DNA of 64,000 nucleotides, from the IMG/VR virus record IMGVR_UViG_3300005686_000008; one strand, given 5' to 3'. Of this stretch, positions 37,137-46,689 are shown piece after piece (the first letter of the stretch is position 1; each line of letters begins with the position of its first letter). Under the pieces are notes generated by a model. That model was not told where the DNA came from. It ran no database searches and was given only the letters and a program-made list of their open reading frames with translations. A program made the position numbers and the translations under genes. The DNA is from a virus (Duplodnaviria; Caudoviricetes).

Positions 37137-37706
37137 ATGGAAAATAAAGAAATCTCCGAACAAGAAAAACCACTACAACGGCTTTCTGGTAAGATAAACG
37201 AACTCTGTTTTGAGTGCAAAGACCTTTTTTGCAACTATGACGAGTTTGAAATCCTCTGCTCTAGAAAAAATCTTGTCACGAAAATTCATACCACAAAAAT
37301 GGGAGGCAAAAGACCCTTTGTTTTCTTCACTGCTTCATCTTTTTTGGATTCAAACAGAATGACAGAAGTAGTTGTTGCCTGCTTGAGATTAGCGGGTAAA
37401 ACCGCTAAAACAAACATTGTTCTTCAGGAAGAATTCATTAGAAGTTTTTGTGAGACTATTCAATATAAAAACTCTATTGATGTATTACTTACGGAAAGTT
37501 CTATATCTATTCTAAATAACGACATTTCTTTTATGGTTTTTGATGTTCAGGATATAGATGCTCCTGCAAAGCATATGCTTTTGAGGTCTTTCTGTATGCT
37601 TCTTGCTTTTTGCGGGAAAACTGTTAGAAACAATCAAGATAAAGTTGTTTTGAACGATTATGGAATAGCAAATGTTAATTCTTTCACAGATGGCGGTATT
37701 GCATGA
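37137..37706 (+). CDS. hypothetical protein
   Basis: 189-aa ORF in an operon-like run. Confidence 0.7.
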   Translation: MENKEISEQEKPLQRLSGKINELCFECKDLFCNYDEFEILCSRKNLVTKIHTTKMGGKRPFVFFTASSFLDSNRMTEVVVACLRLAGKTAKTNIVLQEEFIRSFCETIQYKNSIDVLLTESSISILNNDISFMVFDVQDIDAPAKHMLLRSFCMLLAFCGKTVRNNQDKVVLNDYGIANVNSFTDGGIA

Positions 37707-38620
37707 AAAAAGTAACATATTCTAATAATTTGCTTCCAAGCTTCATTACTCAAGGCAATGTTCGCTATGAGCGAAACTTCATTGATGTAAATGATATGGA
37801 AGATGGATACATAAAGATCCCTATCTATTTTGATACAACAGATTTTGCCATATTATACGACTTGAACAATATAAACATTCAACAAAACCTAGATTGTATA
37901 TTTGGTTGCTTCTTCGTTCCATTTATTCCTTGTGCAACAAAAGAAGAGTTGACTCAGAAGATTGCTCGTCTTGTTGTTAGGCTTGGTAATGCAATTGTTG
38001 AAAGAAGAAAAATTGCCAAACCAGTTCTAAAGGTTTTTGTATATAGATATATAGACCCTAATGGTAAAAGATTCTTTGCTATTGCTGGATCCAACCTGAA
38101 TCCCAAAAGCGAAAAGATTCATAACTTGAATATCAAGACTTTGCTTTCTGACACAATTCCTCCTGATCCTATTCTTTCATGGGGAGCCGTTGTTGATGAA
38201 TTGTCTGATCTAAATCAAACTCCAACCTGTATAATCAACAAGGAAGATGTTCTTGATTTTGAATCGAGAAAGGCCATTATCAGAGTATCCTGCGATCATG
38301 CTCTTGCTTTTTTGCCAAAATCTTCAAGTTTTTTTGCTCAACATCTTTCCGGGAAAGGGGTATCTTCTTTCTTCAATAAGGAGATTGGAGAAACCTGTAA
38401 AATATTCGGTCTAAAGAAAGATAGAGTAAGTTCATCAGAAGAATTCAACATTCTTATCAAGAAAATGATTGAATCGTTTAGGGAACTTACTGGAATGCAA
38501 TATGTTGAAACTACCGCCATATATACTGAAACAGAAGGCGGCTCTTTGGATATCAGTATTGCTTCTTTTGAAGGACAGCCTATCCTGTTCAAGAAAAACG
38601 ATGTCGAAGAAGATTTTTAG
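37703..38620 (+). CDS. hypothetical protein
   Basis: 305 aa; ATGA overlap with the previous gene. Confidence 0.75.
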   Translation: MKKVTYSNNLLPSFITQGNVRYERNFIDVNDMEDGYIKIPIYFDTTDFAILYDLNNINIQQNLDCIFGCFFVPFIPCATKEELTQKIARLVVRLGNAIVERRKIAKPVLKVFVYRYIDPNGKRFFAIAGSNLNPKSEKIHNLNIKTLLSDTIPPDPILSWGAVVDELSDLNQTPTCIINKEDVLDFESRKAIIRVSCDHALAFLPKSSSFFAQHLSGKGVSSFFNKEIGETCKIFGLKKDRVSSSEEFNILIKKMIESFRELTGMQYVETTAIYTETEGGSLDISIASFEGQPILFKKNDVEEDF

Positions 38621-38666
38621 TGAAACGCCGACACCTAGTGTTGTGTGACGTTTTGGAGCAACATGG

Positions 38667-39437
38667 ATGAATATCCTTGAAAATAACGCTGACTATCTTA
38701 TCAACAGTCTTGATCAGGAAGACTACCTGTTTTATGTCTACGATAGAGCCATAAATGCAGGAGCAAAGCTGTCTGATTTAGTTGAAACTAGATCTAGTTT
38801 TAATAGACTAATGGCTATGTATCAAGAACCAGTTTCTTGTTCCCCTTTGATTCCAAGAAACTACCACAACTTTAGTCATATATCTCAGGGGGTTAGGGAT
38901 ATTGTTGATGTAGAAGTTTTGTGTGAATGCACAGAAGACGCAATCAATAATGTCCTTCTTGCATGGTTTTACCATGATTGCGTGTATGTCTTAAATCCAG
39001 CGACCGGAACGAACGAAGAAGATAGTGCAAAGTTTGCCCTTAATGAACTTCTACAAATGGGCTTTTCTGGTGAAAGGGCTGGAAGAATCTACGATCTTGT
39101 TTTATGGACAAAACACAAAGTCAATCCTCCAGAAAACGATTATGAAGCTAATCTGATTGTAGATATTGACCTTCAAAGAATCTCCGCCTGCCCTGTTGAA
39201 GCATTTTTTATGTCTACTGAAACAGTAAGGGAGGAATTTGGATTCTTGAGTGATAAAGAGTGGATTGAAGGTAGAATCAAGTTCTGGAAATCTTTTTTGA
39301 AGTTGAAGGGAAACAGAGTCTTTAGAACATCTCATTTTGAGCATCTAAATAAGATTGCTGTTGACAATATAAACAAAGAGATTTACAGTCTTGAAAAAAG
39401 CAATTTCAGAAAAGGAGATAGTAGTGATGAAAAATAG
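38667..39437 (+). CDS. HD-domain metal-dependent phosphohydrolase
   Basis: RNYHNFSHI; AWFYHDCVY; NEEDSA; VDIDL. Confidence 0.8.
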   Translation: MNILENNADYLINSLDQEDYLFYVYDRAINAGAKLSDLVETRSSFNRLMAMYQEPVSCSPLIPRNYHNFSHISQGVRDIVDVEVLCECTEDAINNVLLAWFYHDCVYVLNPATGTNEEDSAKFALNELLQMGFSGERAGRIYDLVLWTKHKVNPPENDYEANLIVDIDLQRISACPVEAFFMSTETVREEFGFLSDKEWIEGRIKFWKSFLKLKGNRVFRTSHFEHLNKIAVDNINKEIYSLEKSNFRKGDSSDEK

Positions 39438-39648
39438 TGATACTGAACTAATGAGAATATTAAATGATATACATCAGTCGGTTATGAAGAAAGACGACGA
39501 TGAAGAATTAGATGACGATCTAGATGATGAAGATGACGATCTAGATGACTGGGACGATGATGACGACGATTTTATGGACGATGATGATGACGACGATTAC
39601 GACGATGATGATGATTTAGAAGATGACGATGATGACGAAGACTTTTAA
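39427..39648 (+). CDS. Asp-rich highly acidic small protein
   Basis: AAGGAG RBS; C-terminal ~50 aa almost all D/E. Confidence 0.7.
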   Translation: MKNSDTELMRILNDIHQSVMKKDDDEELDDDLDDEDDDLDDWDDDDDDFMDDDDDDDYDDDDDLEDDDDDEDF

Positions 39649-39652
39649 CTGC

Positions 39653-39683
39653 AAGACCCTGCCAAGGCGGGGTCTTTTCTTTT
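39653..39683 (+). terminator. intrinsic terminator
   Basis: AAGACCCTGCC-AA-GGCGGGGTCTT followed by a T-rich tail. Confidence 0.8.
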
Positions 39684-39727
39684 GGTGAAAGCTGGTCCTG
39701 ATACCACCATTTTGCCGACAACACCTA

Positions 39728-40260
39728 CTAAGCAGTCATTGGGCATCTAGAGTGTCCCAAGACGAACATAAACAAAGGGAATTCAAGACCCTTCTTCTTT
39801 CTTGAATAGGCTCCCGCCTTAGCCTCCGTCTTAGGCATACAGCCCCATAAAGGGCAGTATTCGCAAAGGAATCTAGATTCTGATGCGTTTTCTCCGAAGT
39901 TCAATAGAACTTAGTTGACTGCTTGGCTTTCACCTTTCACCTTGCAGTTAGACGAAAAGGAGACGGTAGACTGATATATAGCTAAGTCTTCCCACCGACT
40001 ATAAAAGACCAACTTAGCATCTCGTACAAGAGGGTCAGCCAAGAGTGCAATTTTACTTAAAGTTACATTTTTGGCTGAAAGGTCGAGCGCAGCGCTAAAT
40101 TGACATAAGCGCTTCCACAATAGATAAAGTTGTGGCTATCTAATATCCAACCTAATAATACAGGAAAGGTTCGAACCGACGTAGGAGGTTCGGACCTCTG
40201 AGCCGATCAGGCTCAGGTAAATAATCAAGCCTACCTGCCCAGACCTGACCCGATGCCTTA
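39728..40260 (+). ncRNA. candidate large structured non-coding RNA (~530 nt)
   Basis: No credible ORF; GCCGACAA box at 39714; long-range pair AAGCAGTCA (39730) / TGACTGCTT (39916); more than 10 hairpins. Confidence 0.5.
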
Positions 40261-40376
40261 CGAAAAGCTACAATTAAATTTTCTAATACCTGAAATTCTT
40301 ATAGAAATTTTTCCAACAAAAAACCACTACAAAGAACGTAGTGGTCTGTTTCTTTAATGAAACAATGAGATAATAC

Positions 40377-41177
40377 TTATCTTTGATTCTTTATTTTCTT
40401 ATGAATTGGACAATCTCCATCTCCATCAGTATCTTTTTCGCAACAACGATCTGATATATCACCATTAATAAGGAATCCAACTCTAATATTTTCCAGTTTC
40501 TCTTTAATATTCGCAGGCTTTGTTGATTTGGCTTCTATTGGAACTTCTCTCCACAACTCAAGACCTTTTATATTACTTCTTAGGTCTTTAATAAATGACT
40601 CAACAACAATACTATCCGTTCCTAAATCTTTTGTAGAAAGAAGATTTTCGAGTTTGTCTATATAGGCAAACTCTTCTATTAAACCAGTTCCTACATACTG
40701 CTGCCAAAACCTAGCAGCCATAGCATGAGGAGCGATTTTCTTCAAAACACTTTTTTCGAAGTAGAAACTCTTCTCATTGAACAAACAGTCGCAAAGCAAC
40801 TTGAACCCAACAAAGACATATGCTTTTTGTATCTCCATCGTTGTACCAACGATTACAGAGTCAAATGGCTTTTTGATTTGCCACTCCTCAAACGCTTGTC
40901 TGAAACACCTGTTGATTTCACTTAGATACTTACCTTCAAGCAAAAACGTCCTATCATTCAAGAGACCTTCAATCTTCTCTGGCACGATAGAGAAGAACGG
41001 AACTTGAACATCTGGTTTGTATAAATTGTTCCATTTTTCTAAGGTTTGCTTACTGTGAGCGTCAAACTTTGACCAGTCAAGCCTATACAATGGAACTTTT
41101 GATGAGTTTGTTGGAAAACAAATCTCTTTTTCAAACACTAACTGCGGAAAATGAACAGGACACCTAACGGTTAACAT
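40377..41177 (-). CDS. hypothetical protein
   Basis: AAGGAG RBS on the minus strand; upstream GTCGATAA. Confidence 0.75.
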   Translation of the reverse strand: MLTVRCPVHFPQLVFEKEICFPTNSSKVPLYRLDWSKFDAHSKQTLEKWNNLYKPDVQVPFFSIVPEKIEGLLNDRTFLLEGKYLSEINRCFRQAFEEWQIKKPFDSVIVGTTMEIQKAYVFVGFKLLCDCLFNEKSFYFEKSVLKKIAPHAMAARFWQQYVGTGLIEEFAYIDKLENLLSTKDLGTDSIVVESFIKDLRSNIKGLELWREVPIEAKSTKPANIKEKLENIRVGFLINGDISDRCCEKDTDGDGDCPIHKKIKNQR

Positions 41178-41259
41178 AAGCCAACTCCTTTTACTAACAA
41201 GCCACAGCCTATCTGTGACTAACCATTAGATTTATCGACAAAAAAGACGAAGTGTTCAT

Positions 41260-41703
41260 ATGGATATATCAAAAATACAGCTTGTACAGATACCTGCTGA
41301 AATACTAAGGCAAAAGTGTAAAGAAACTGAGTATTCAGAAGATTTGCGCCGAGCAGCAGACAAGATGCTTAATATCATGCTTGTGAATGAAGGGGTAGGA
41401 CTTGCTGCTAATCAAGCAAACCTTGACATTCGCATGTTTGTTATGAAGACTCCAAAGATGAAAAGGCCTAAAACCTTCATAAACCCAGTCATAACTTATG
41501 GCTGCGTTCCTTTTGAAGAGGAAGAGGGATGCCTTTCTTGTCCCGGAGTTAGAAAAATGGTCAAAAGAAATAGATATGTACTTATAGAGTATATAGATTA
41601 TGAGGGCAAAAAGGTAAAAGAGCATCTAAGAGACTTAGAAGCTCGTTGCGCCCAGCATGAAATTGACCATCTTGACGGTATACTTTTGGTGGACAAGCCT
41701 TAA
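41260..41703 (+). CDS. def: peptide deformylase
   Basis: GVGLAANQ; EGCLS; QHEIDHLDG. Confidence 0.95.
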   Translation: MDISKIQLVQIPAEILRQKCKETEYSEDLRRAADKMLNIMLVNEGVGLAANQANLDIRMFVMKTPKMKRPKTFINPVITYGCVPFEEEEGCLSCPGVRKMVKRNRYVLIEYIDYEGKKVKEHLRDLEARCAQHEIDHLDGILLVDKP

Positions 41704-42182
41704 ACAATATTGATTGGAGTGACATCGGTAACAAGGCCATTGTTATCCGTTGTTATAACTCCAAGTTTCTTATTGTTTAGCTCAACATCTCTTGCTATAG
41801 AAAGGAGCCATACTCCTCTTGCAAGAGCATCTGTTTGAGATATCTCAAAAAACCTGCATAAACGTTCAATGTGGTCAAGAGCCGCTTCGTTATACTCTAG
41901 AGTTATTTTGAACGTTCCAGTTTTGACGTTGTTTTCTGCTGGCTTTTGATTTACTTTAGTAGAGCATTGATTTGGACATTCTATAGGTCCGCTTGCATTT
42001 ACGGTATTTGCTTGAAACAGAACCTTGTCCTTTTTAGGGACTGGAAGGGCTTCTGTCTCTGTTTCATCGACATATTGAGTAATACTATTTGTTGGAAGAG
42101 ATTCGCTCTCGTCCCCGTTCTCATTCAATCGCAATGCCTTTCTGACAAGCTGAACAGTCGCAGTGAGGAGTGCCTTTATCAT
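41700..42182 (-). CDS. hypothetical protein, possible C-terminal ribbon-helix-helix
   Basis: GGAGG RBS; FKITLEYNEAALDHIERLC...SQTDALARG. Confidence 0.6.
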   Translation of the reverse strand: MIKALLTATVQLVRKALRLNENGDESESLPTNSITQYVDETETEALPVPKKDKVLFQANTVNASGPIECPNQCSTKVNQKPAENNVKTGTFKITLEYNEAALDHIERLCRFFEISQTDALARGVWLLSIARDVELNNKKLGVITTDNNGLVTDVTPINIV

Positions 42183-42269
42183 GTTAACCTCCGTTGTTAT
42201 ATCGACTCAATTCCTTTCATTTTATAGAGGCGTTTGACCTTTGTTCGATAATCAATATAGGAGATAAAT

Positions 42270-42620
42270 ATGGCTAAAAGCAAAGAAGAATATCAAAAAA
42301 GATTCATTCAAAGTCTTATCGCCCTAAGAGACCATTTTTTAGAACTAGATGCGAATGAACTTGTTGGACCAAAGAAGAGTTATCTTGTAGAATCTGTTAT
42401 AAATGGGTATTTTGGCGAAAGAAGGAATCGAGTTCCTATCAAAGAGCCGTCTATGTATATGACTAATGAAACTATCGCTGAATATCTAAATGATACTGTT
42501 TTATCGTATATTTATGATGAAGTTCCTGAATACCTAGAGATTGACTGGAAAGAAAGATATGTTCTAAAAAGCGAAATGGATAGGTTAATCTCTGATGGTG
42601 ACGACAGCGACTCCTTCTAA
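42270..42620 (+). CDS. hypothetical protein
   Basis: AGGAG RBS; TTCGATAA box upstream. Confidence 0.75.
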   Translation: MAKSKEEYQKRFIQSLIALRDHFLELDANELVGPKKSYLVESVINGYFGERRNRVPIKEPSMYMTNETIAEYLNDTVLSYIYDEVPEYLEIDWKERYVLKSEMDRLISDGDDSDSF

Positions 42621-42962
42621 AACGCTTATGGTAAAAGATAGCCCAGTATTCTCCATGAACTTTTGTAGACTTTTTGGCGAGAAATCCTGACACATGACGC
42701 TTTCATTATCTTTTAGGAGAACTTCAAATCTTTTCATTTGTTTATAGTTTTTTGTAAGCGTCCAATATGGACAAAAAGAGTTTTCAAGTCGATTTGGGTC
42801 TTTTTTCTTTATGAAGGAAGAGTGCTTCTTCTCTTCCATAAGAATATAAGAATGGTCGCATTCTTCGCATTTTACAGAGTAAAAGAAATGTCTATTGAGC
42901 AATAAAACGTCTTTGCTTCCGCAAATAGAACATATTGGATTTTTGATAACAAACTTACTCAT
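42585..42962 (-). CDS. zinc-ribbon protein
   Basis: CSIC...CEEC. Confidence 0.65.
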   Translation of the reverse strand: MSKFVIKNPICSICGSKDVLLLNRHFFYSVKCEECDHSYILMEEKKHSSFIKKKDPNRLENSFCPYWTLTKNYKQMKRFEVLLKDNESVMCQDFSPKSLQKFMENTGLSFTISVLEGVAVVTIRD

Positions 42963-43570
42963 TAGAGTTTTATGGTTTTATCAAATATCTTATCAACATT
43001 GTTTTGAGAAGAATACCAGCCTTGAGGACATCCGTTTGAGTATTCTTGAATATGGTTTTCGTAAGCTTCGTGCCACTTCTTTCTATCAGATTCAGATGCT
43101 TTGACTATTTCTTTTTTCTTTATTCCAGTAATAGTCTCTGCCTTACTTTCTGCTTCTTTTCTTACTTGTTTCCATTCTTCAACTGTTTCGGTCATTGGTC
43201 CCCAGTGAAGTAGTTTTTTATCTCTTGATACAGCCCAAAAATCTATTGACGGAATTTTGTGCTTCAAGATTGTTTTTGTAAAGTCAACCGCTTCTGGACT
43301 AAAGCCTAAGTCTTCAAGTTCATTTCTTGCTATTTTTAGCGCTCCTTGCATGCTATTGTCTATAGCAAGAAGGTCTCCTGAATCAAAATTGCATTCAATA
43401 AGAATGTCAACATCTTTGATGCGGAAGTTTTTATCGTCGTATTTTTCAGCAACAATTCCCCATGCGTATACGTTCTTTACCCTATTAAGAGAAGCTATGT
43501 TTTTAGCAGCCTCTTTCAAATAAGGTTGTATATCGCCTATCTTCGGAATTGCTCTTTCATACCATTTCAT
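42962..43570 (-). CDS. nucleotidyltransferase-like protein with N-terminal WY tag
   Basis: MKWYERA; VYAWG...KDVDILI (pol-beta-like G..DxD pattern). Confidence 0.55.
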   Translation of the reverse strand: MKWYERAIPKIGDIQPYLKEAAKNIASLNRVKNVYAWGIVAEKYDDKNFRIKDVDILIECNFDSGDLLAIDNSMQGALKIARNELEDLGFSPEAVDFTKTILKHKIPSIDFWAVSRDKKLLHWGPMTETVEEWKQVRKEAESKAETITGIKKKEIVKASESDRKKWHEAYENHIQEYSNGCPQGWYSSQNNVDKIFDKTIKL

Positions 43571-43759
43571 AAAAACCTTCGCTAAAAGAAATATAGTTCA
43601 CATTATGCACTTCTATTTACTACTTCTTTTTTCCTCTATTTTCGGAGTGTTTCGATTTGATAACGGAGAAAGTCACAGAATTGGACGGTAGTGAAACCTC
43701 GATTGATTTAGGGGTTCGTGTCGATATCTTCATCTAAAGTCCTTTTACAAGAGGTATGT

Positions 43760-44665
43760 ATGACAGAAGTTGAAAAAGTAAAGTATCCAGACCAAGAAAA
43801 GCCGCATCCCGCATTTCAGGTGTACAAAGTTCTTGACGCAGGGTTTATACGTTTAGTAGATTCTATGCCAAGTCCTACGGACCCATACTCTATTCCAGCA
43901 GATGCCGCAATTGTGCAAGCTGCAAGAGTAAGTTATGGAAGAGGAACAAAGGCTGTAAACGAAGATAAGGGGCTTGTTTCTTATCTTATGAAGCACAGAC
44001 ACACCACTCCATTTGAGATGGTTGAGTTTAAGTTTCATGCCAGGATGCCAATATTTGTTGCTCGTCAATGGATAAGACATCGAACCGCTAACGTTAACGA
44101 GTATTCGGCTCGTTATTCTGAGGTTCCCGACCTTTGCTATGTACCAGATCCAGAAAGAATAATGGGACAGAGCAAAATGAACAAACAAGCCTCTGATGGA
44201 AGTTTGTCTCAGGAAACGAAGGATGCCTTTATTGGTAGGTTGCAAACTATTGCTTCTGAAGCGTATGGAGATTACCAAGAGTTTTTATCTCAAGGCGTCT
44301 CAAGAGAGACTGCAAGAATGTTCTTGCCTGTAGCGTATTATACTGAATGGTATTGGAAGATTGATTTGCACAATCTTTTCCATTTTATATCGCTTAGATA
44401 TGACCCTCATGCTCAGTATGAGATTCGGGTTTATGCCGAGGCGATGTATAATATATGCAAGGAGCTTGCTCCTATTGCTACCGAGGCTTTTGAGACATTT
44501 AGACGACAAGCTATAAGTATAGCTGGTGACGAATGCGATATCATGAAGAGTATTATTGATACTGACAATCTTGAAGGCAAACTGGTTGAACAGTTTAATA
44601 GAAAAGGTTGGAGTACAAGACGCAGAAATGAATTCATGGAAAATCTTAACAAGTTGCTTAAGTAA
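43760..44665 (+). CDS. thyX: FAD-dependent thymidylate synthase
   Basis: AARVSY; HTTPFE; RQWIRHRTANVNEYSARY; HAQYEIR. Confidence 0.95.
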   Translation: MTEVEKVKYPDQEKPHPAFQVYKVLDAGFIRLVDSMPSPTDPYSIPADAAIVQAARVSYGRGTKAVNEDKGLVSYLMKHRHTTPFEMVEFKFHARMPIFVARQWIRHRTANVNEYSARYSEVPDLCYVPDPERIMGQSKMNKQASDGSLSQETKDAFIGRLQTIASEAYGDYQEFLSQGVSRETARMFLPVAYYTEWYWKIDLHNLFHFISLRYDPHAQYEIRVYAEAMYNICKELAPIATEAFETFRRQAISIAGDECDIMKSIIDTDNLEGKLVEQFNRKGWSTRRRNEFMENLNKLLK

Positions 44666-45225
44666 TGTATTTGATTATTGATTTAGAGGCTACCTGTTGG
44701 GAGGCCCCTAATACTCCTGATATTAACGAGATAATAGACATGGGAATAGTCGTTTGCGACTCTTCTTATGAAGTTATCTCTTCGTGGAACAATCTCGTTA
44801 AGCCAAAAATAAGAACCAAACTATCTCCATTTTGCAGAAGACTTACTTCTATAACGCAAGAATCAATTGATAAAGCGGCTTTATTTGAGTCTGTTATTTT
44901 TGATTTTAGAGAGTGGTTTAGAAGCGAATACGGTTGTGAATCAACAAACTGTATTTGGTATACATGGGGCAGTTGGGATTTGCGTTGCGTTCTTTTTGAT
45001 TGCGAAAGAAGCGGAATAGAGTTTCCGTTTGGAGAGCATCGAGACCTAAAGGATATCTATTCTGAAGTAAGAAATCTTTCTTCTGGCGAAAAAAGAAATC
45101 TGAAAGATGTTATTATAAGAGAGGGTCTAGGAAGCACAGAGGGTCTTCATAGAGCTAAGGTTGATGCAATTGCTACCGCCAAGATTGCTCATCGCATTTT
45201 TTCAGAAATCTCTAGGGAGCTTTAG
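44665..45225 (+). CDS. DEDDh 3'-5' exonuclease (ERI-1/KapD-like)
   Basis: IIDLEATC; WGSWD; LHRAKVDA. Confidence 0.9.
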   Translation: MYLIIDLEATCWEAPNTPDINEIIDMGIVVCDSSYEVISSWNNLVKPKIRTKLSPFCRRLTSITQESIDKAALFESVIFDFREWFRSEYGCESTNCIWYTWGSWDLRCVLFDCERSGIEFPFGEHRDLKDIYSEVRNLSSGEKRNLKDVIIREGLGSTEGLHRAKVDAIATAKIAHRIFSEISREL

Positions 45226-45973
45226 TCGCCTGATTGCCAAGTTCTTTCATGACTTGAACATGGTTTCTTGAGCGATTTCCAACCTGTCCGTACCATTTAC
45301 TCTTTTCCATAAGAGACGCGGCTTTTGCATATTGTTTACTTGTAATGAGTTTCCCGGTATCTGGGAATTTGGAGGCTATGCTTCCTCCCATATTGAATGA
45401 CATATCAATGCATATGAGTTGAACTTGCTTTGGTTGTGAATCTAAGTTTGGTATCCATTTATGCGCATCAGCAATTGCTATTTTTGCGTATTTTTCAAAT
45501 AGTTTTGATATTTGTTCTTTTGAAAGAGATTGTTGGCCGCTGATAAGTTTTGCCTTATCTGCGCCGATTGCCTTTAGTTCTTTTTCTGCTCCGGGTTGGT
45601 CCATATTAAAACCGATACCTATGGTCCAAAAGCCTTCGCTATCTTTGTAGGCTTTTTCTCTATACCCTTCCCACGGAGCTGTAAAGTCTTGTACTTCTTT
45701 TATAGATACTGCTACGTTTTGTCTTGGTTGAGGCTTTACTTGTTGTTTGGGTTGTTCTTGAGGCTTTTGTTCAGGAGCAACCGTTTCAACTTGCTTTGTT
45801 TGTTCTGGCTGAGATGTTTGAGGCATGTTATGAGGGCCGGTTAGAAGTCCAATGGTAGCAGGCAAGGCTCCTAGCATCCCTCCGATACCTAGTCCTTTTC
45901 CAACATCTTTCCAATTAATAGCTTCTTTGCGCAAATCTTGTTCAACTAAGTTTGTATACCATCTATTTGTCAT
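45212..45973 (-). CDS. phage lysozyme (GH24/T4-like) with N-terminal WY tag and hydrophobic segment
   Basis: WEGYREKAYKDSEGFWTIGIG; IDMSFNMG; SKWYGQVGNR. Confidence 0.85.
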   Translation of the reverse strand: MTNRWYTNLVEQDLRKEAINWKDVGKGLGIGGMLGALPATIGLLTGPHNMPQTSQPEQTKQVETVAPEQKPQEQPKQQVKPQPRQNVAVSIKEVQDFTAPWEGYREKAYKDSEGFWTIGIGFNMDQPGAEKELKAIGADKAKLISGQQSLSKEQISKLFEKYAKIAIADAHKWIPNLDSQPKQVQLICIDMSFNMGGSIASKFPDTGKLITSKQYAKAASLMEKSKWYGQVGNRSRNHVQVMKELGNQATKAP

Positions 45974-46057
45974 ACGTTTATATTTCGTCTATTTTTTGAT
46001 AGCTTCCTTTGCTGTACGTTAGTTTTGACGATAAGAGGGTAGGATGGAGGAAATCTG

Positions 46058-46387
46058 ATGAATAAGCCAATGAATTTCAAGATTGAGGCGGTAGAGAGAG
46101 CAGTAACCATTTATGACGAGATCAAAGAAGCATGCACAAGGCCTGATAAATCAATCAATGGGGAAACGTTGCAGATTTATAAAGAACTTGCTGACTGGGG
46201 CTTCTTTGAAAAGTATGCAATATCTGATATTGCAAATAAGTGGCTCTATGTAACAGTTTTGGCTATGCATTTTACAATGAAAGCTTATCCTGTTTTGAGT
46301 CAAACTCAAGATAACGGAAAGTGGCAAATAATACAATCAGCTTTAGAAAGGTCCAACAAGGCAAGATTTGGTAAAAAGAAAGTATGA
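46058..46387 (+). CDS. hypothetical protein
   Basis: GGAGG RBS; GACGATAA box. Confidence 0.75.
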   Translation: MNKPMNFKIEAVERAVTIYDEIKEACTRPDKSINGETLQIYKELADWGFFEKYAISDIANKWLYVTVLAMHFTMKAYPVLSQTQDNGKWQIIQSALERSNKARFGKKKV

Positions 46388-46632
46388 TTCTTTATGAGTC
46401 ATCTTTCTACGGTGATATTTCACCACAAGGATACAAAATAAGTTATCTATTGTTAGATAGACATATAAAGCACAGCTTCATCCTAATAGATTCAGATTTC
46501 ATTTTTACAATAAAGACCGCAAAGAAACTTAGAGAGTTTATTGGCTTTGAAGAAATAGTTAAATACATACAAAGTTATAACTATATATTCGATTTCCCAG
46601 AAGTAGAAAATTGGTGGATAGATAAGAATTAA
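46384..46632 (+). CDS. hypothetical protein
   Basis: ATGA overlap with the previous gene. Confidence 0.6.
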   Translation: MILYESSFYGDISPQGYKISYLLLDRHIKHSFILIDSDFIFTIKTAKKLREFIGFEEIVKYIQSYNYIFDFPEVENWWIDKN

Positions 46633-46689
46633 ACTACGCTATTGAAGGATAGTGTAGTTTTTTCTTGTATGCTCCGATATAGAGTAAGG

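Noticed and set aside
36121-38620. ABC ATPase plus neighbours as a named defence system (e.g. Septu, PARIS, Gabija)
   Set aside because: No recognisable HNH, TOPRIM or helicase partner among the adjacent ORFs, so a system call cannot be supported.
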